NCBI RefSeq assembly: GCF_009914755.1
Contig: NC_060929.1
Reading direction: 5' to 3' (one strand)
Length of the DNA: 64,000 bases
Origin: the human T2T-CHM13v2.0 reference genome, Homo sapiens
In this document: piece by piece, positions 23,338 through 36,650 of the stretch
Position numbering within the stretch: the first letter of the stretch is position 1
Layout: each line of letters begins with the position of its first letter
Notes under the pieces: model-generated
Database searches by the model: none
The model's input: only the letters and a program-made list of their open reading frames with translations
What the model was told of the DNA's origin: nothing
Position numbers and translations under genes: made by a program

Positions 23338-26206
23338 ATATATAGCATAATATATATATATATACTCTATATATTAATATAGAGTATACTTTTATATGTA
23401 AAATGGCGAAGAGTGAGGTTTGGAAGCAGATTTTCAGAGGAAGCTGTGCCGTGAACCCCGCTCCTCTGCTCCTTGCATGGCCCTCCCCAAGTCAGTGCAG
23501 TAGCTTTTCATGGGGTTAATGGAAGTAAAATACAACATATGCTGATGTCTAGGGTTTTGTGCAATAGGATCTCCTAAAAGGATAGGGATTAGAGGACCTG
23601 GGTGACACACTCAGGTTGAAGGCTGGATTGTGGAAGGCATGGAAAGACTTCTCGGCATGGAGTAGGGATGCGATCACTCAGGTCAAGGGGTCTTCAAGGG
23701 CCTGACTAGACCATAAGCTGGGAATAGGTGTGAGGAGGAGGAGAGACAAAGAGAGAAGACGACAAAGAGCTTCTTTCAGTCTCCAGGTTTTCAGACTGAA
23801 GCAGGACTGATTTTAGGAATGATTTTAGAGAAGATTTAAAGCTTTTATATATCAGTATGTTTATTATATGATGGAATGAACCTCTTAATTATTGAATAGA
23901 GGCTCTATTAATGACTGAAAGTGACCATAATACTTATTGTAGGATAATAGATCAAAATTGTATTATGTTGGACTAACTCAATAAATTGCTTCATTTCTTT
24001 TGTCACACAAAAGCTGATATTTCATTTTTTTATATTGAAAATTGATCATGGTATGCTTTCTTTAAAAACATCCGTTGTATATATTTCTGAAGGTGAAGTG
24101 GCTTCAGTCAGTCACATATATTCAATTTATTTTATTCTTTTCAAGTATATTAGATGACTTAGATTTAAAAATCTATTGATTTATATTTTAGCCATAAATT
24201 CAGTGCTTTAGCAAATATTGAATGAAAAGTTAAGTGGCTAAATATAATGATTGGTTATGAATTTCTATTGCGTATTAACACATTCTTTTCAATATAAAAA
24301 TGTTTTAAATAACTTTTTTACAATGAGAAAATTTTATTCCATAGAGTCAGGGTACATGTTACTGAAGAACTATATGCAGGCATAGATATCATTTAACACA
24401 TTGAATACAAATTGTTATATTTTACATATTCTATTTATAAATCAAGAAACAATGGGAGATATGTAGAATATCCTTAAATAGATTAAAATGATGCAATGGA
24501 ATAATGATATTTTTAGAAGATACCAAGAGAACATGGAGCTCATTTAGTCCGTTTTTAAATTTTAAATTGTATTGATGAGGATATTTGAGCCTCTAAAAAA
24601 TAAAAGATAAAGCGGAAGAGATTTTTAAGGTCATATCAAGAGTATACATAATACTTGGCCTTCTAGTTCTCTCTTTTCATTATTCCTTGCAGTAGTGTCT
24701 AACTTACAAATTATTCTCAAAAAATTCTACAAATTTTTTTAAAAGGGATGCATATTCAAATGATAGTTTATAACACACTGGGGATAATGCTACACTAAAG
24801 TGAACAATTTACTATTATTAAAAATAATTGGATAGACATCAGTTTGAAACAACAGAACAGTTCTAAACATTATACTTAAGCTATATTACATAAAATAAAT
24901 ATGTAAATTGTCCATACATTCATACATAAATATTTGATAAAATATTCCACTCTTGCTTTTGCATTTATTGTTAAAATATCAACAATTATTTAAATTCATT
25001 ACTAAATATTATCCATGAATTCTTGAGAAATGAAAAATCCATGTTGTTTTTTTTCTTCATAATAACAAGAAATAAAACTACTATTTCTGAAAAAATAATA
25101 TCTATAATCTTGGTGATAGATTATTGAAAATTTATCTGAATTTGTTAGATTTGAGTTTTATAATAGATTACAGAGTGGCTGAAAATACAACTCAGTGTAT
25201 TATAAGTCAACCTCAGTAAGAAGTAACTTTTTTTTCCCTTCTACTCTTGTGATATCATTATTTACTAATAACTGCAAATATATTTACCAGTTATAGGTCT
25301 TTACATTTTCAGTGGTCATTTTAAAGCAACATGCAAGAGACCTTGCTTGTGAAGCCAGTTTCAGAGAGGCGAATCTCAGAGACTCTTGTACTTATGACCC
25401 ACCTCTGCCCTGCTTCATTGAGTTAGGAACTTACATTATATGCAGTTAATTGGGTCATGGAAAGAAAGACATGTCTTTTGTCTAAAACCTAAGTAAGTAA
25501 ATCTTGAGCTGTGAAAAAAGAATTTTTGAATGGCTCCACTACATCACAAACTCCTCAGCACTCCTCCTGTGGCCTGTTAAGAAGAAAGAGAAAAGGACAA
25601 AAAGGAGAGAACAGCAAAAAAATTTAAAGAAAAAAGGAAAGGAAGAAAATATGTTCAGGAAAAGGGTAATCTCGTTCAAAAGAGGAACAGCACTTTCCAG
25701 AAGTAAATTAGAACCCACACCACCCTCCATTCCTACCCTGAAGTCATAAATTATAACAAACTAAACCAAAAAACAGTAGTTTTGGGTTAGTTTGCTTTTT
25801 ATGGTTGATTCTGTGTTACTCAAAATTGGATTTTAAAAGATCTGTTAATATGTCCATGAATTTAAAAAGAATTTAGACATATTGGAAATAGATACATTGC
25901 TTTTAAACAAATGCATAATCATTTCTACAAGTAATTTTTATATGATTTAGGTAAAGTATGTCAATGTCATTTGGTACAGGTCAAATTATAATACCAGGTC
26001 ACTCATTCCCCTGGTCTGGATTTCTGATCATTACCAATGATAAATTTAGGAAGGGTGTTGAGGAGTGTGATAGATGACGGGAAGCATTCTAGAAACTGTG
26101 ATCTATCAAAATTTCCAAATAGACCATAGAACATCTCCACAGGTGTGCTTTAGGAAGAGGTAAAGGTGGTGAAATGTTTGGAGAATGACTGGTTTTAGGT
26201 GAAATT

Positions 26207-26276
26207 CTGCCAAAATACACAAGAAATAAAACAAGTGGATCCTGCCAAAATACACAAGAAATAAAACAAGTGGATC
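26207..26276. repeat. Perfect 35-bp tandem duplication
   Basis: ctgccaaaatacacaagaaataaaacaagtggatc twice, with no mismatches. Confidence 0.97.
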
Positions 26277-27379
26277 CTTGAGTATAGAGATTCATTTGGC
26301 ATATTGCTGTGTGCATCATTGTATTTTTTTTGGATTGTTCCATTTGAGATTATTTTGAGGTCAGAGCCTAGGATGTGTTCCTTAGCATCGGTTTTCCTGG
26401 CATTTATACCAGCTGAGCCCACAAGGTAATAGAGTTGATGCTAAAACTTTTCCTGCATCCAAAATATTAACCCAACTTCTTTTTCTACAATTATTGCTTC
26501 ATTCATTTGGATTATCAAGACAATAGCAGCTTCAAAATCTCCTGATTAAAATGCACTTTGGAGAGGTGTTTAGCCATCAACTAAATTGGTGGCTAACTGG
26601 AATAATTTATCCATGCCAAAAATACTTCCAGCATCTGTGTAAATAAGTGCTTTTTCGAGAGGGGTCTGGATAGCTTATCCACAGGTACCACCACAAGCAT
26701 GAACTTTACTGGGCTTGTGTCTCAATGAGTAAAAGTATTGAACACATGTAAGCATTCAAAAATTATTAAAAATAATAATGAAAGAAAAGTAAGTATAAAT
26801 AAATGTGTCTGGAAAATAGAGGGAGGAATCCAGAGAGAAATCCAAGATGGCAGACTACATTGGAAACTATCTAGGCCTGATGCCACAAGGATAAAATTCC
26901 ACTGTGAGATGGTAAGGAGGCTGCTGTGGTAGTTTCTCTTTATAATTAAGCAAACTCTTCCCCTTCAAAGATTGATGATTTTTGCCTCATAGTCTAGTTT
27001 CTAAGTGACTCGTTTTCAATGTAAGCCCAGTTCCTATAACTCTGAACCTGGAATTCTGTCCCCTGGAAAGAACCATAATTAAATTTATGCAGCTATTCTT
27101 CTGATAGTAATTAAAGTTAGTCATACATATTCAATTCCATTTCCAAATGAATATCTTTCATCACTTTCATCTGTATTTTTCAGTTTTTTTATGATGAAAA
27201 AGTTAGTCTTAGTTTCTGATATGATAAATTATGACTCTTTCAGGAAAATTGTTCTTTGTAAAATACACTCTTTCCTAAAGCTACATTTGCAATTTAAAAC
27301 TGGTTAAATAGTAGAAGTGTGTGTGTGTATGAGTGTGTGCATATGCACATGAGACTTCAAAAAAACTATCTTTTGTCAA

Positions 27380-27424
27380 TTTTTTTTTTTTTGAGACGGA
27401 GTCTCACTCTGTCACCCAGGCTGG
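27380..27424 (-). mobile_element. Ultra-short 5'-truncated Alu (32-nt body plus tail)
   Basis: T13 + gagacggagtctcactctgtcacccaggctgg, flanked by TSD ttttgtcaattttt (27371-27384, 27425-27438). Confidence 0.9.
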
Positions 27425-28419
27425 TTTTGTCAATTTTTAATGGGATTTTTTCTTCTTTTCCTTGTTCAGTTGTTTAACTTTCTCATAGATTCTGGATATT
27501 AGACCCATGTCAGATGCACAGCTTGTGAATACTTTCTCCCATTCTGTAGGTTGTCTGTTTACTCTGTTGAGTTTCTTTTCCTGTGCAGAAGCTCTTGTTT
27601 AGGTTTCCCTTGTCAATTTTTGTTTTTGTTGTAATTGCTTTTGAGAACTTAGTCATACATTCTTTTTAAAGGCCAATGTCCTGAATAGTGTTTCCTAGGT
27701 TTTCTTCCAGGATTCTTACAGTTTGAAGTCTTACATTTAAATATACATTCCATCTTAAGTTAATTTTTTTTATATAGTGAAAGATAGGGGTCCAGTTTTA
27801 TTCTTCTGCATGTGGCTAGCCAGTTATCCCAGCATATTTGTTAACTAGGGACTCTTTTCTCTATTGTTTGTTTGTGTCAAATTTGTGGAAGATCAGATGG
27901 CTGTAGGTATGCAGCTTTATCTCTGGGTTCTTTATTCTGTTCCATTGGTGTATGTGTCTGTTTTTGTACCAGCACAATGCTGTTTTGGTTACTGTAGGCT
28001 TGCAGTATAGTTTGAAGCCAGGTAATGTGATGCCTCTGGATTTGTTATTTTTCCTTAGGATTACTTTGGCTATTTTGGTTATTTTTTGGTTCCATATAAG
28101 TTTTAGAATGTGTTTTTCTAGTTTTGTGAAAAAAAAAATGACTCTGGTACCTTGAAAGGAGTAGCGCTGAATCTTAAGATTGCCTTGGACCATATGGCCA
28201 TTAAAAAAAATTGATTTTTTCCAATCCATGAGTATGGAAGGTTTTTCCATTTCTTTGTGTCATTTTTTATTTCTTTCAGCAGTAATTTGTAGTTCTCCTT
28301 GTAGAGATCTTTCACCTCCTTTGTTAGATGTATTCCTAAGTTGGTTTTTCGGGCAGGTTTTGTAAATGGGATTGCCTTCTTGGTTTGGCTCTTGGTTTGA
28401 ACATCATTGATGTATAGAA

Positions 28420-29600
28420 CTGAATTCCTTCCTTACACCTTATACAAAAATTAACTCAAGATGGATCGAAAACTTACACACATGATCTAAACCATAAAAA
28501 CCCTAGGAGAAAACCTAGGCAACACCATTCAGGGCATAGGCATTGGCAAAGACTTCATGACTAAAACACCAAAAGCAATGGCAACAAAAACCAAAATTGA
28601 CAAACGGGATCTAATTAAACTAAAAAGTTCTGCACAGCAAACTATCATCAGAGTGAACAGGCAACCTAGAGAATAGGAGAAAAATTTTGCAATCTACCCA
28701 TCTGACAAAGGGCTAATATCCAAAATCTACAAGGAACTTAAACAAATTTACAAGAAAAAAACAAAAAACCTTATCAAAAAGTCGGCAAAGGATATGAACA
28801 GACACTTCTCAAAAGAAGACATTTATGTGGCCAACAAACATATGAAAGAAAGCTCATCATCACTGGTCATTAGAGAAATGCAAATCAAAACCACAATGAG
28901 ATACCATCTCACACCAGTTAGAACGGTGATCATTAAAAAGTCAGGAAACAGCAGATGCTGGAGAAGATGTGAAGAAATAGGAATGCTTTTACACTATTGG
29001 TGGGAGTGTAAATTAGTTTAACCATGTGGAAGACAGTGTGGTGATTCCTCAAGGATCTAGAACTAGAAATACCATTTGACCCAGCAATCCCATTACTGGG
29101 TATATAGTCAAAGGATTAAAGATCATTCTACTATAAAGGCACATGCACATGTATGTTTACTGTAGCACTATTCACAATAGCAGAGACTTGGAACCAACAC
29201 AAATGCCCATGAATGATAGACCGGATAAAGAAAATGTGGCACATATACACCATGGAATACTATGCAGCCATAAAAAGGGATGGGTTCATGTCCTTTGCAG
29301 GGACATGGATAAAGCTGGAAACCAGCTTTCTCAGCAAACTAACACAGGAACAGAAAACCAAACACCGTGTGTTCTCACTCATAAGTGGGAGTTGAACAAT
29401 GAGAACACATGGACACAAGGAGGGGAACATCACACACTGGGGGCCTGTGGGAAGATGGGGGCTGGGGGAGGGATAGTATTAGGAGAAATACCTAATGTAG
29501 ATGACGGGTTGATGGGTGCAGCAAACCACCGTGGCACTTGTAACAAACCTGCATGTTCTGCACATGCATCCCAGAACTTGAAGTATAGTTTTTTAAAAAA
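28420..29600 (+). mobile_element. 5'-truncated L1PA7-like element inserted in the older L1
   Basis: ORF2 C-terminus ([35 protein letters not shown]; IKKMWHIYTMEYYAAIK) and a 3'UTR with gtagatgacgggttgatgggtgcagcaaaccac. The host sequence tatagaa|atgct resumes after it. Confidence 0.9.
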
Positions 29601-29693
29601 GAAATGCTGCTGGGTTTTGTACGTTGATTTTTGTATCCCGAAACTTTACTGAAGTCATTTATCAGTTCCATGGGCCTTTTGGTAGAGTCTTTA

Positions 29694-30197
29694 AAATTTT
29701 TTTTTAATTTTTAATTTTTGTGGGTACATAGTAGGTGTATATAGTGATGCAGTATATGAGATGTTTTGATACAGGTATGCATTGCATAACAATTACATTC
29801 TGGAAAATGAGGTATCCATCCCCTCAAGCATTTAGTCTTTGTGTTGCAAACCATCTAATTATACTTGTTATTTTAAAATGTACAATTAAATTATTATTGA
29901 CTATAGTCACCCTGTCATGCAATCAAATACTAGGTCCTATCCATTCTTTCTAACTATATTTTCTGTACCCATTAACCTTCACCCTCCTTCCGTCACCTCC
30001 TGCACTACCCTTCTCAGCCTCTGGTAGCTGTTCTTCTACTCTCTATGGTCATGAGTTCAATTGATTTGATTTTTAGATCCCACAAACAAGTTAGAACATG
30101 ATATTTGTCTTTCTGTGGTCTGGCTTATTTCACTTAACATAATGACCTTCATTTCCATTCATGTTGCAAATGACAGGATCTCATTCTTTTTTATGGC
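29694..30197 (-). mobile_element. L1MA1-3-like 3' end inserted in the older L1
   Basis: tttttgtgggtacatagtaggtgtatat...gtatccatcccctcaagcattta...gttgcaaatgacaggatctcattctttttatggc, with a 10-bp TSD agagtcttta (29684-29693, 30198-30207). Confidence 0.88.
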
Positions 30198-30633
30198 AGA
30201 GTCTTTAGGGTCTTCTAAGTACGGCATCATATCACCAGTGAAAAGAGATAATTTGACTTCTTTTCCTATTTGGATGCCTTTTATTTCTTTCCGTTGTCTG
30301 ATTGTTCTGGCAAGGACTTTCAGTACTATGTTGAACAGGAGTAGTGATAGTGGCGATACTTGTCTCTTTCTGGTTCTCAAAGGAAATACTTCCAGTTTTT
30401 GCCCATTTAGTATAATGTTGGCTATTGCATTTTCATAGATGGCCCTTTCTATTTTGAGGTTTGTTCCTTCTATGCCTAGTTTCCTGAGGGATTTTATCAT
30501 GAAAGGATGTTGGATCTTATCAAAACCTTCTTCTGTGTCTATTGAGATGATTATGTGTTTTTTTAATTCAGTTTATGTGGTGAATCATGCTTATTGATTT
30601 GCATATGTTGAAATGACCCTGTATCCCAGAAAT

Positions 30634-31457
30634 GACACTTCTAGAAGGAAGACATACAAGTGGCCAACAAACATGAAAAAATGTTCAACATTACTAATCA
30701 TTAGAGAAAAGCAAATCAAAGTCACAATGAGAGGTATCATTTCCATCTCATGTCAGTCAGAATGGCTACTATTAAAAAGTCAGAACAAAAAACAACACAT
30801 GGTGGCAAGGCTGCAGAGAAAAGGGAACTCTTACACACCGTTAGTGGAAATGTAAATCAACTCAGCCACTGTGGAAAGTAGTTTGGAGATTTCTCAAAGA
30901 TCTTAAAACAGAACTAGTATTCAACCCAACAATCCCATTACTGGGTTTATACCCAAAAGAAAATAACTTGTTCTACCAAAAAGACACGTGCACACATGTA
31001 TTCATCACAGTACTATTCACAGTAGCAAAGACATGGAATCAACCTAGGTGCTCATCAGTAGTGGATTGGATAAAGAAAAGGTGGTACGTATACACTGAGG
31101 AATACTATGCAGCCATACAAAAGAACAGAATTGTGTCTTTTGCAGCAACATCGATGCAGCTGGGGGCCACTATCCTAAGCAAATTAATGTAGGAACAGAA
31201 AACCAAGTACTGCATGTTTTCACTTATAAGTGGGAGCTAAACAGTAGGTACTTAAGGACATAAAAATGGCAAAAATAGACACTGAGGACTACTAGAGGTG
31301 GGTAGGAGGGCAAGCGTTCATAAACTAACTATGGGGTACTATGCTCAGTACCTGTGTGATGGGATTAATAGTATCCCAAACCCCAGCATCAGACAATACA
31401 CCCAGATGGCAAATCTGCACATGTACCCCCTGAATCTAAAATAAAAGTTGAAAAAAA
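30634..31457 (+). mobile_element. Sense 3' segment of the same L1PA15/16-like element
   Basis: gacacttctagaaggaagacatac...ORF2 end...ggggtactatgctcagtacctg...ctgcacatgtaccccctgaatctaaaataaaagttgaaaaaaa. Confidence 0.9.
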
Positions 31458-31605
31458 TCTGGCTGAATATTGTTTTTACATTTTAATCATTGGAATAAAA
31501 AGTGAAAGTTGCTGTATCAGTATTTGTTTACCCACTCATTTCTTCATGTCCTGCTTAGGATTTTGACACTGTGATCAATCAATATTGCTTCAAAGAAATA
31601 ATAAA

Positions 31606-31931
<326 letters not shown>

Positions 31932-32749
31932 TTAGTTTTATTTTAGGAATTATTATGTAAGCATGTTGCCTTATCTCATTCTTTGAAGTTATCCTTTGCT
32001 TAATCATTTTTATTTATATTCTTGGAAGGCAATATTGCTAAAAAGGTTTTTGGCAGGAAATTACTGAGTCAAAATTTCCAAAAAAGGATATTGCATCATT
32101 CATTTTATGAACTTTGCATTCTGAAGGTTCAGCATCATTTGGGGTTTCTTTGAAAACCATGTAAATACTTCTACTTCTTTTAAGGATTTATAAAATTAAG
32201 AATATGTTAAAATAACTGTTTAAATTTCAGAACTGGATGGTAAATAAACTGCAGTAATTTGCCAATGTCAGTTTTCCTTTAGCCATCTCTTTCATCTCTT
32301 GTCCTCATTTCACATGTTTTAAATATAGATGTTATTGCTAATCAGATGCACTCGGCATTTCAAAGTGATTTGTCTTTTCTAGATAAATACATATTTTCAT
32401 TGATTTTTAAATTCCAGAATGGGATCAAATAGAAGCAAGGTGTGTTTATTTGTTTGTAAATTCCAGATTATACAATTTGGAGCCTGGAATAATGATTTCC
32501 TCCTGAAGTTAATATTGTGAATAATCACTTTACTTAAGAAGTCTCTGTGCTAAATTAGAATCAGAAAATGCATTGTTTACTGGTAAGAGAGCTGGTATTG
32601 CTCTTCTTTCTGCTCTTTCCCTTTCTTACTTGTTTTGGTTTTTGTTTGGTCCTGGTGAATTGGCTAATGTTTAGATGATGTCACGTAGATAGGTACTACC
32701 AGGGGTCTTTTTATAATAAATATTTTAAAATTACAGAATAATAAACTGG

Positions 32750-32885
32750 AAAATGCCCAGGTCAACTAAGGGTATTGCTGAAATGCAGATTCTGATTCAG
32801 CAGTTTTCAAGTAGGGCCGGAAGTTCTGTATTTCTACTACGTTCCCAGATGACGCAGATGCAGCTGATCACCATGTTGAGCAGGA
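32750..32885. mobile_element. MER5A fragment
   Basis: aaatgcagattctgattcag...gtagggcc...tctgtatttcta...ttcccagatgacgcagatgcagctg. Confidence 0.65.
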
Positions 32886-32926
32886 AGGCCATAGAGGTTG
32901 GGAAGTAGAATTAGATCTCCTCTAAG

Positions 32927-33660
32927 ACAGGGGTTCTTGATTTTTTTTACATAAGTCATGGATTTCTTTAACAGCCTCATGAAGCCCATAAGTCCTTTTC
33001 AAAATAAGGCAATAAAATTTATAAAAAATAAGATTAAAAAATGAGCAATCATATAGAAATACCAGTATCAAATTATTTTTAGAAAACTGTATGTCACATA
33101 GTAGTATACGTGCTTCACTATTAACATTAAATAACAAGACCTAACAAAGGGTCCACTGATTTCTGTAATTTCAAAGAGTAATATTTTGCCTAGGTGTGGT
33201 GGCTCATACCTGTAATCCCAGCACTTTGGGATGACAAGGCGGGTGGGCCACTTGCGGCCAGGAGTTCAAGACCAGCCTGGGCAACATGATGAAACCCGTC
33301 TCTACTAAAAATACAAAAATGAGCCAGGCATGGTGGCACATGCCTGTGATCTGAGAATCGCTTGAACTCAGGAGGCGGAGGATACAGTGAGCCGAGATCA
33401 CACCACTGCACTCCAGCCTGGGGGACAGAGAGACTGTTGCATCTCCGTCCCCCCCACCCCCACCACACACACACACACAAAAGTGATATTTGATGATTTC
33501 TGAAGCTACCATATTAAGATATGACAATATCTGTTATTTCTATGTATGACAAGTGTCTAAAACCACTGTAGTTCATTGCTCACATTCATAATGGGAGGAA
33601 ATGTCACATTTTAGTTAGTAGGTAATGAAAATAAAGATGCTAATATCTTTTAAGCAAGTG
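32927..33660. mobile_element. Charlie4a-like hAT transposon, split by an Alu
   Basis: caggggttcttga...catggatttctttaacagcctcatgaagcccat...aataacaagaccta...|...cacattcataatgggaggaaatgtcacattttagttag...gaaaataaagatg. Confidence 0.7.
33188..33481 (+). mobile_element. AluJb/Sz-like with an internal deletion and a (CA)n-converted tail
   Basis: Dimeric Alu. The right arm lacks cccagctact...ggcag, and the tail reads cccccacccccaccacacacacacacaca. Confidence 0.9.
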
Positions 33661-33990
33661 CTCTAATTTCCTTTGCATCAGTACATTTCACAGTTTGTAA
33701 CCAACACAAACATCTGATTTTCTTTGTATAATTTGTGAATTACTAAATATAGAAGCGAAAGCTTGACCTATCTATACCATTTCATCGGTGACCCTTCACT
33801 CCTGTTGTTGTATCTTTTCATACTTTATTTTTTGTAAATATTTATAAAATATATGACTATATATTTTTAAATGTACATGTCACACTTGGGAAATCACAAT
33901 ATAAGAAATCAAAACACACATGACATTTTAAAATGTGTAGTGGTAATTCATGCTTAAAACAATATTATTTAAAAAACTTAGCCATATGTT

Positions 33991-34299
<309 letters not shown>

Positions 34300-34449
34300 T
34301 TAGGTTTTTTTTAACTTCTGGAGCATACATAATAATAAAAATAAAATCAATACTAAGAAAACTATAAAACAAAGTACAGGGATTACAATGGATAATACCC
34401 TGCTTCTGGGGAGTGGTTGTGGTCAGCAGCACACCTTCACACAGGATCT

Positions 34450-34595
34450 TATTCTGTTCTTGAAACCAGCTGGGACAGGGAGGACGTCAGGACCATTGAT
34501 CCCATCTCACAAATGAGAAAATTGAAGTTTGGATATATTATAATTAACTCACATAACTGGTTGTGAAGTCAGGGCTCAAATTAAGGACTTTTTAT
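34450..34595 (-). mobile_element. MIR fragment
   Basis: MIR core-like atcccatctcacaaatgagaaaattgaagttt. Confidence 0.55.
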
Positions 34596-35674
34596 AGATC
34601 TATATTATACATCTATGTATTTAGTACCTATTCTTTGCTATCCACAGTAATAAAAGAGAATTATGAAAGGGTTCTTGCTCTTAGCGGACCACTTTCTGCT
34701 GAGGAAGAGACATACCATGGTCGATATTGCATATATTGATATGTTTATAAGGTGCCAGGGCCCTGTCCCAGCCTGCAGGAGGAGGTGGAGTTACTGAATG
34801 CCATGCCTCTTAAAATCATCCAGGATATAGTAGAGTTTGTGTTTTGGAAATTAACTTTAGAGTTTATTTTTAAGTCATACTGTGCATCCTTGACTGAGCC
34901 TGTACCTTCTTTTAAATTCCTTTTGTTAATCTTTTCTCTCTTGGAATAAACAACTCTTTAGCAACAGCTGTGCAAAACGTCCTAGAATAAAAATCAGCTT
35001 GAATCCTTGGGATTCAAAAGCACTCCTTGTTTTATGCAAAGGATGGAAAGATTTTAAAAATTAGCTTTTTATTTATTTGAGTCTTTTTTGATGTCATTTT
35101 TTATGACATTCAATAAAATCTTCTATTCAGTATAGTTGTTGCCCATATTTTATTAAACTTATCCTTACCTCTTTTCTCTTTGCTGTTATTACATATAATA
35201 TATGCTGTAATTTTTTTTTTAAATCAGTAGGACAGTTTCTTTCTATTTCTAGTTTCTAGAAGGTATTTTTGTTCTAATTGTGTTTTGGTTTTCATCATAA
35301 AAGGATTTCCACCCAGCAATTTTTGGGGTGAGAAGATAATGGAGAAATGTTTGAAATTCTAAGGGGAACAAAGTATGACCCCAAAATATTTTATCCAGCC
35401 AGGACAAAAATAAAGATGAAAAATTTTATTTTTATGCAAGCCAAGATGTTAGTTAAATATGCTTTGTGCACAAAGTAGATGCTTTAAAACATAAAGAAAC
35501 TCAGACTATCAATGAACCTTCCTTGGCACAACAAACAGGAGCACTGAAAAAAACAGAAAGCAACATTAATAACAACAGCAAAGCTTTATTGACCACAGCA
35601 TCCACCAACTAAAAATTGTTTCAAAAAATACAGTCAACAAAGCATAGTGAGAGCATTGCTAAATGTTTTATTAA

Positions 35675-36040
35675 TTTAGCAGTCCATTTGGGCTGTCATA
35701 AAATACCATCAACTATGTAGCTTATAAACAGCATACATTTATTTCTCTCAGTTCTGGAGGCTGAGACATCCAAGATCCAGGTATCGCAGATTAAATATCT
35801 GGTGAGGACCCGCTTCCTGGTTCATTGTTGGTGCCTCTTGCTGTGTCTTCACTTGTTGGAAGGGGTGAGGGGTCTCTCCCAGACCTCTTTGCCTCTTTTA
35901 TAATAGAAGAATCCCATTCTTGAGGGCTCTGCCCAATGATCTAAGCACCTCCCAAAGGCCCCATCTCCTGATAGCATTACCTTGGGGGTGAGGAATTCAA
36001 CATGTGAATTTTGGGGGACATAAACATTTAGGCCATAATA
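35675..36040 (-). mobile_element. MLT1A0 LTR
   Basis: agtccatttgggctg...atttatttctctcagttctggaggctgag...aattttgggggacataaacatttaggccata. Confidence 0.88.
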
Positions 36041-36554
36041 AATGTATTTAAATATAGACAACAATTAAACAGCTATGAAAGTTATGGATTTAGAAGAGTA
36101 TAAATGTAGCAAACCTTGATAATCATTTCATTTTATATAGTTGCATTTATTTCACTAATATTTATGTAGTACTTACTGTGTGCTGGCATAGGTTCTAATT
36201 GTTTTAGCATTTTAACTTTCATAATGTAAAAGAAAAGTAAAACATGAACAAATTTTGAGGTGAGAAGGGGTAATGGGAGTAAGCTTGACAGTGCTTTGAA
36301 GGCCGGTTATTTAAAAAAAAATTTTTTTCTCTAAACATAAAATGGGAATTTAAAAAGGAAAAAAAAAAACTCCAACCTAATTCCATACAGGAAATGTAGA
36401 CACAATCTTTAGAAAACAGTATTTTCTTTAATAACAGAGCATTTATTAGAAGTTCTTTAATCTTTTAAATTTATTTTATGTCACAGTTAAGTTTAATGTA
36501 CCTTATTACAATTGCATCTGTTTGTGTTTTTAAATAAAATGTATTTCTCACAAA

Positions 36555-36616
36555 CTCTCTCTCTCTATATATATATACATATATACTTATATACATATAC
36601 ATATATACATATGTAC

Positions 36617-36648
<32 letters not shown>
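36555..36648. repeat. (CT)n-(TA/CA)n microsatellite
   Basis: Read directly from the sequence. Confidence 0.95.

Positions 36649-36650
<2 letters not shown>

Larger units (their letters stand above)
27366..30635 (-). mobile_element. Inverted 5' segment of an L1PA15/16-like element (ORF2 remnants), host to three later insertions
   Basis: Antisense ORF2 translations: 27861-28250 ([18 protein letters not shown]), 28118-28315 ([20 protein letters not shown]) and 30159-30500 ([36 protein letters not shown]-like RT region). All carry frameshifts or stops. Confidence 0.9.

Noticed and set aside
23400-23960. Purine-rich, GC-richer block
   Set aside because: It resembles an ancient LTR remnant, but I could not assign a family with confidence, so it is not listed as a feature.
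26207-26276. 35-bp direct repeat of CRISPR-like length
   Set aside because: There are only two adjacent copies, no spacers and no cas genes, and the context is human.
27861-31192. ORFs with clear L1 ORF2 (reverse transcriptase / C-terminal) similarity
   Set aside because: They are fragmented, frameshifted remnants of truncated L1s, so neither an active element nor a host gene.
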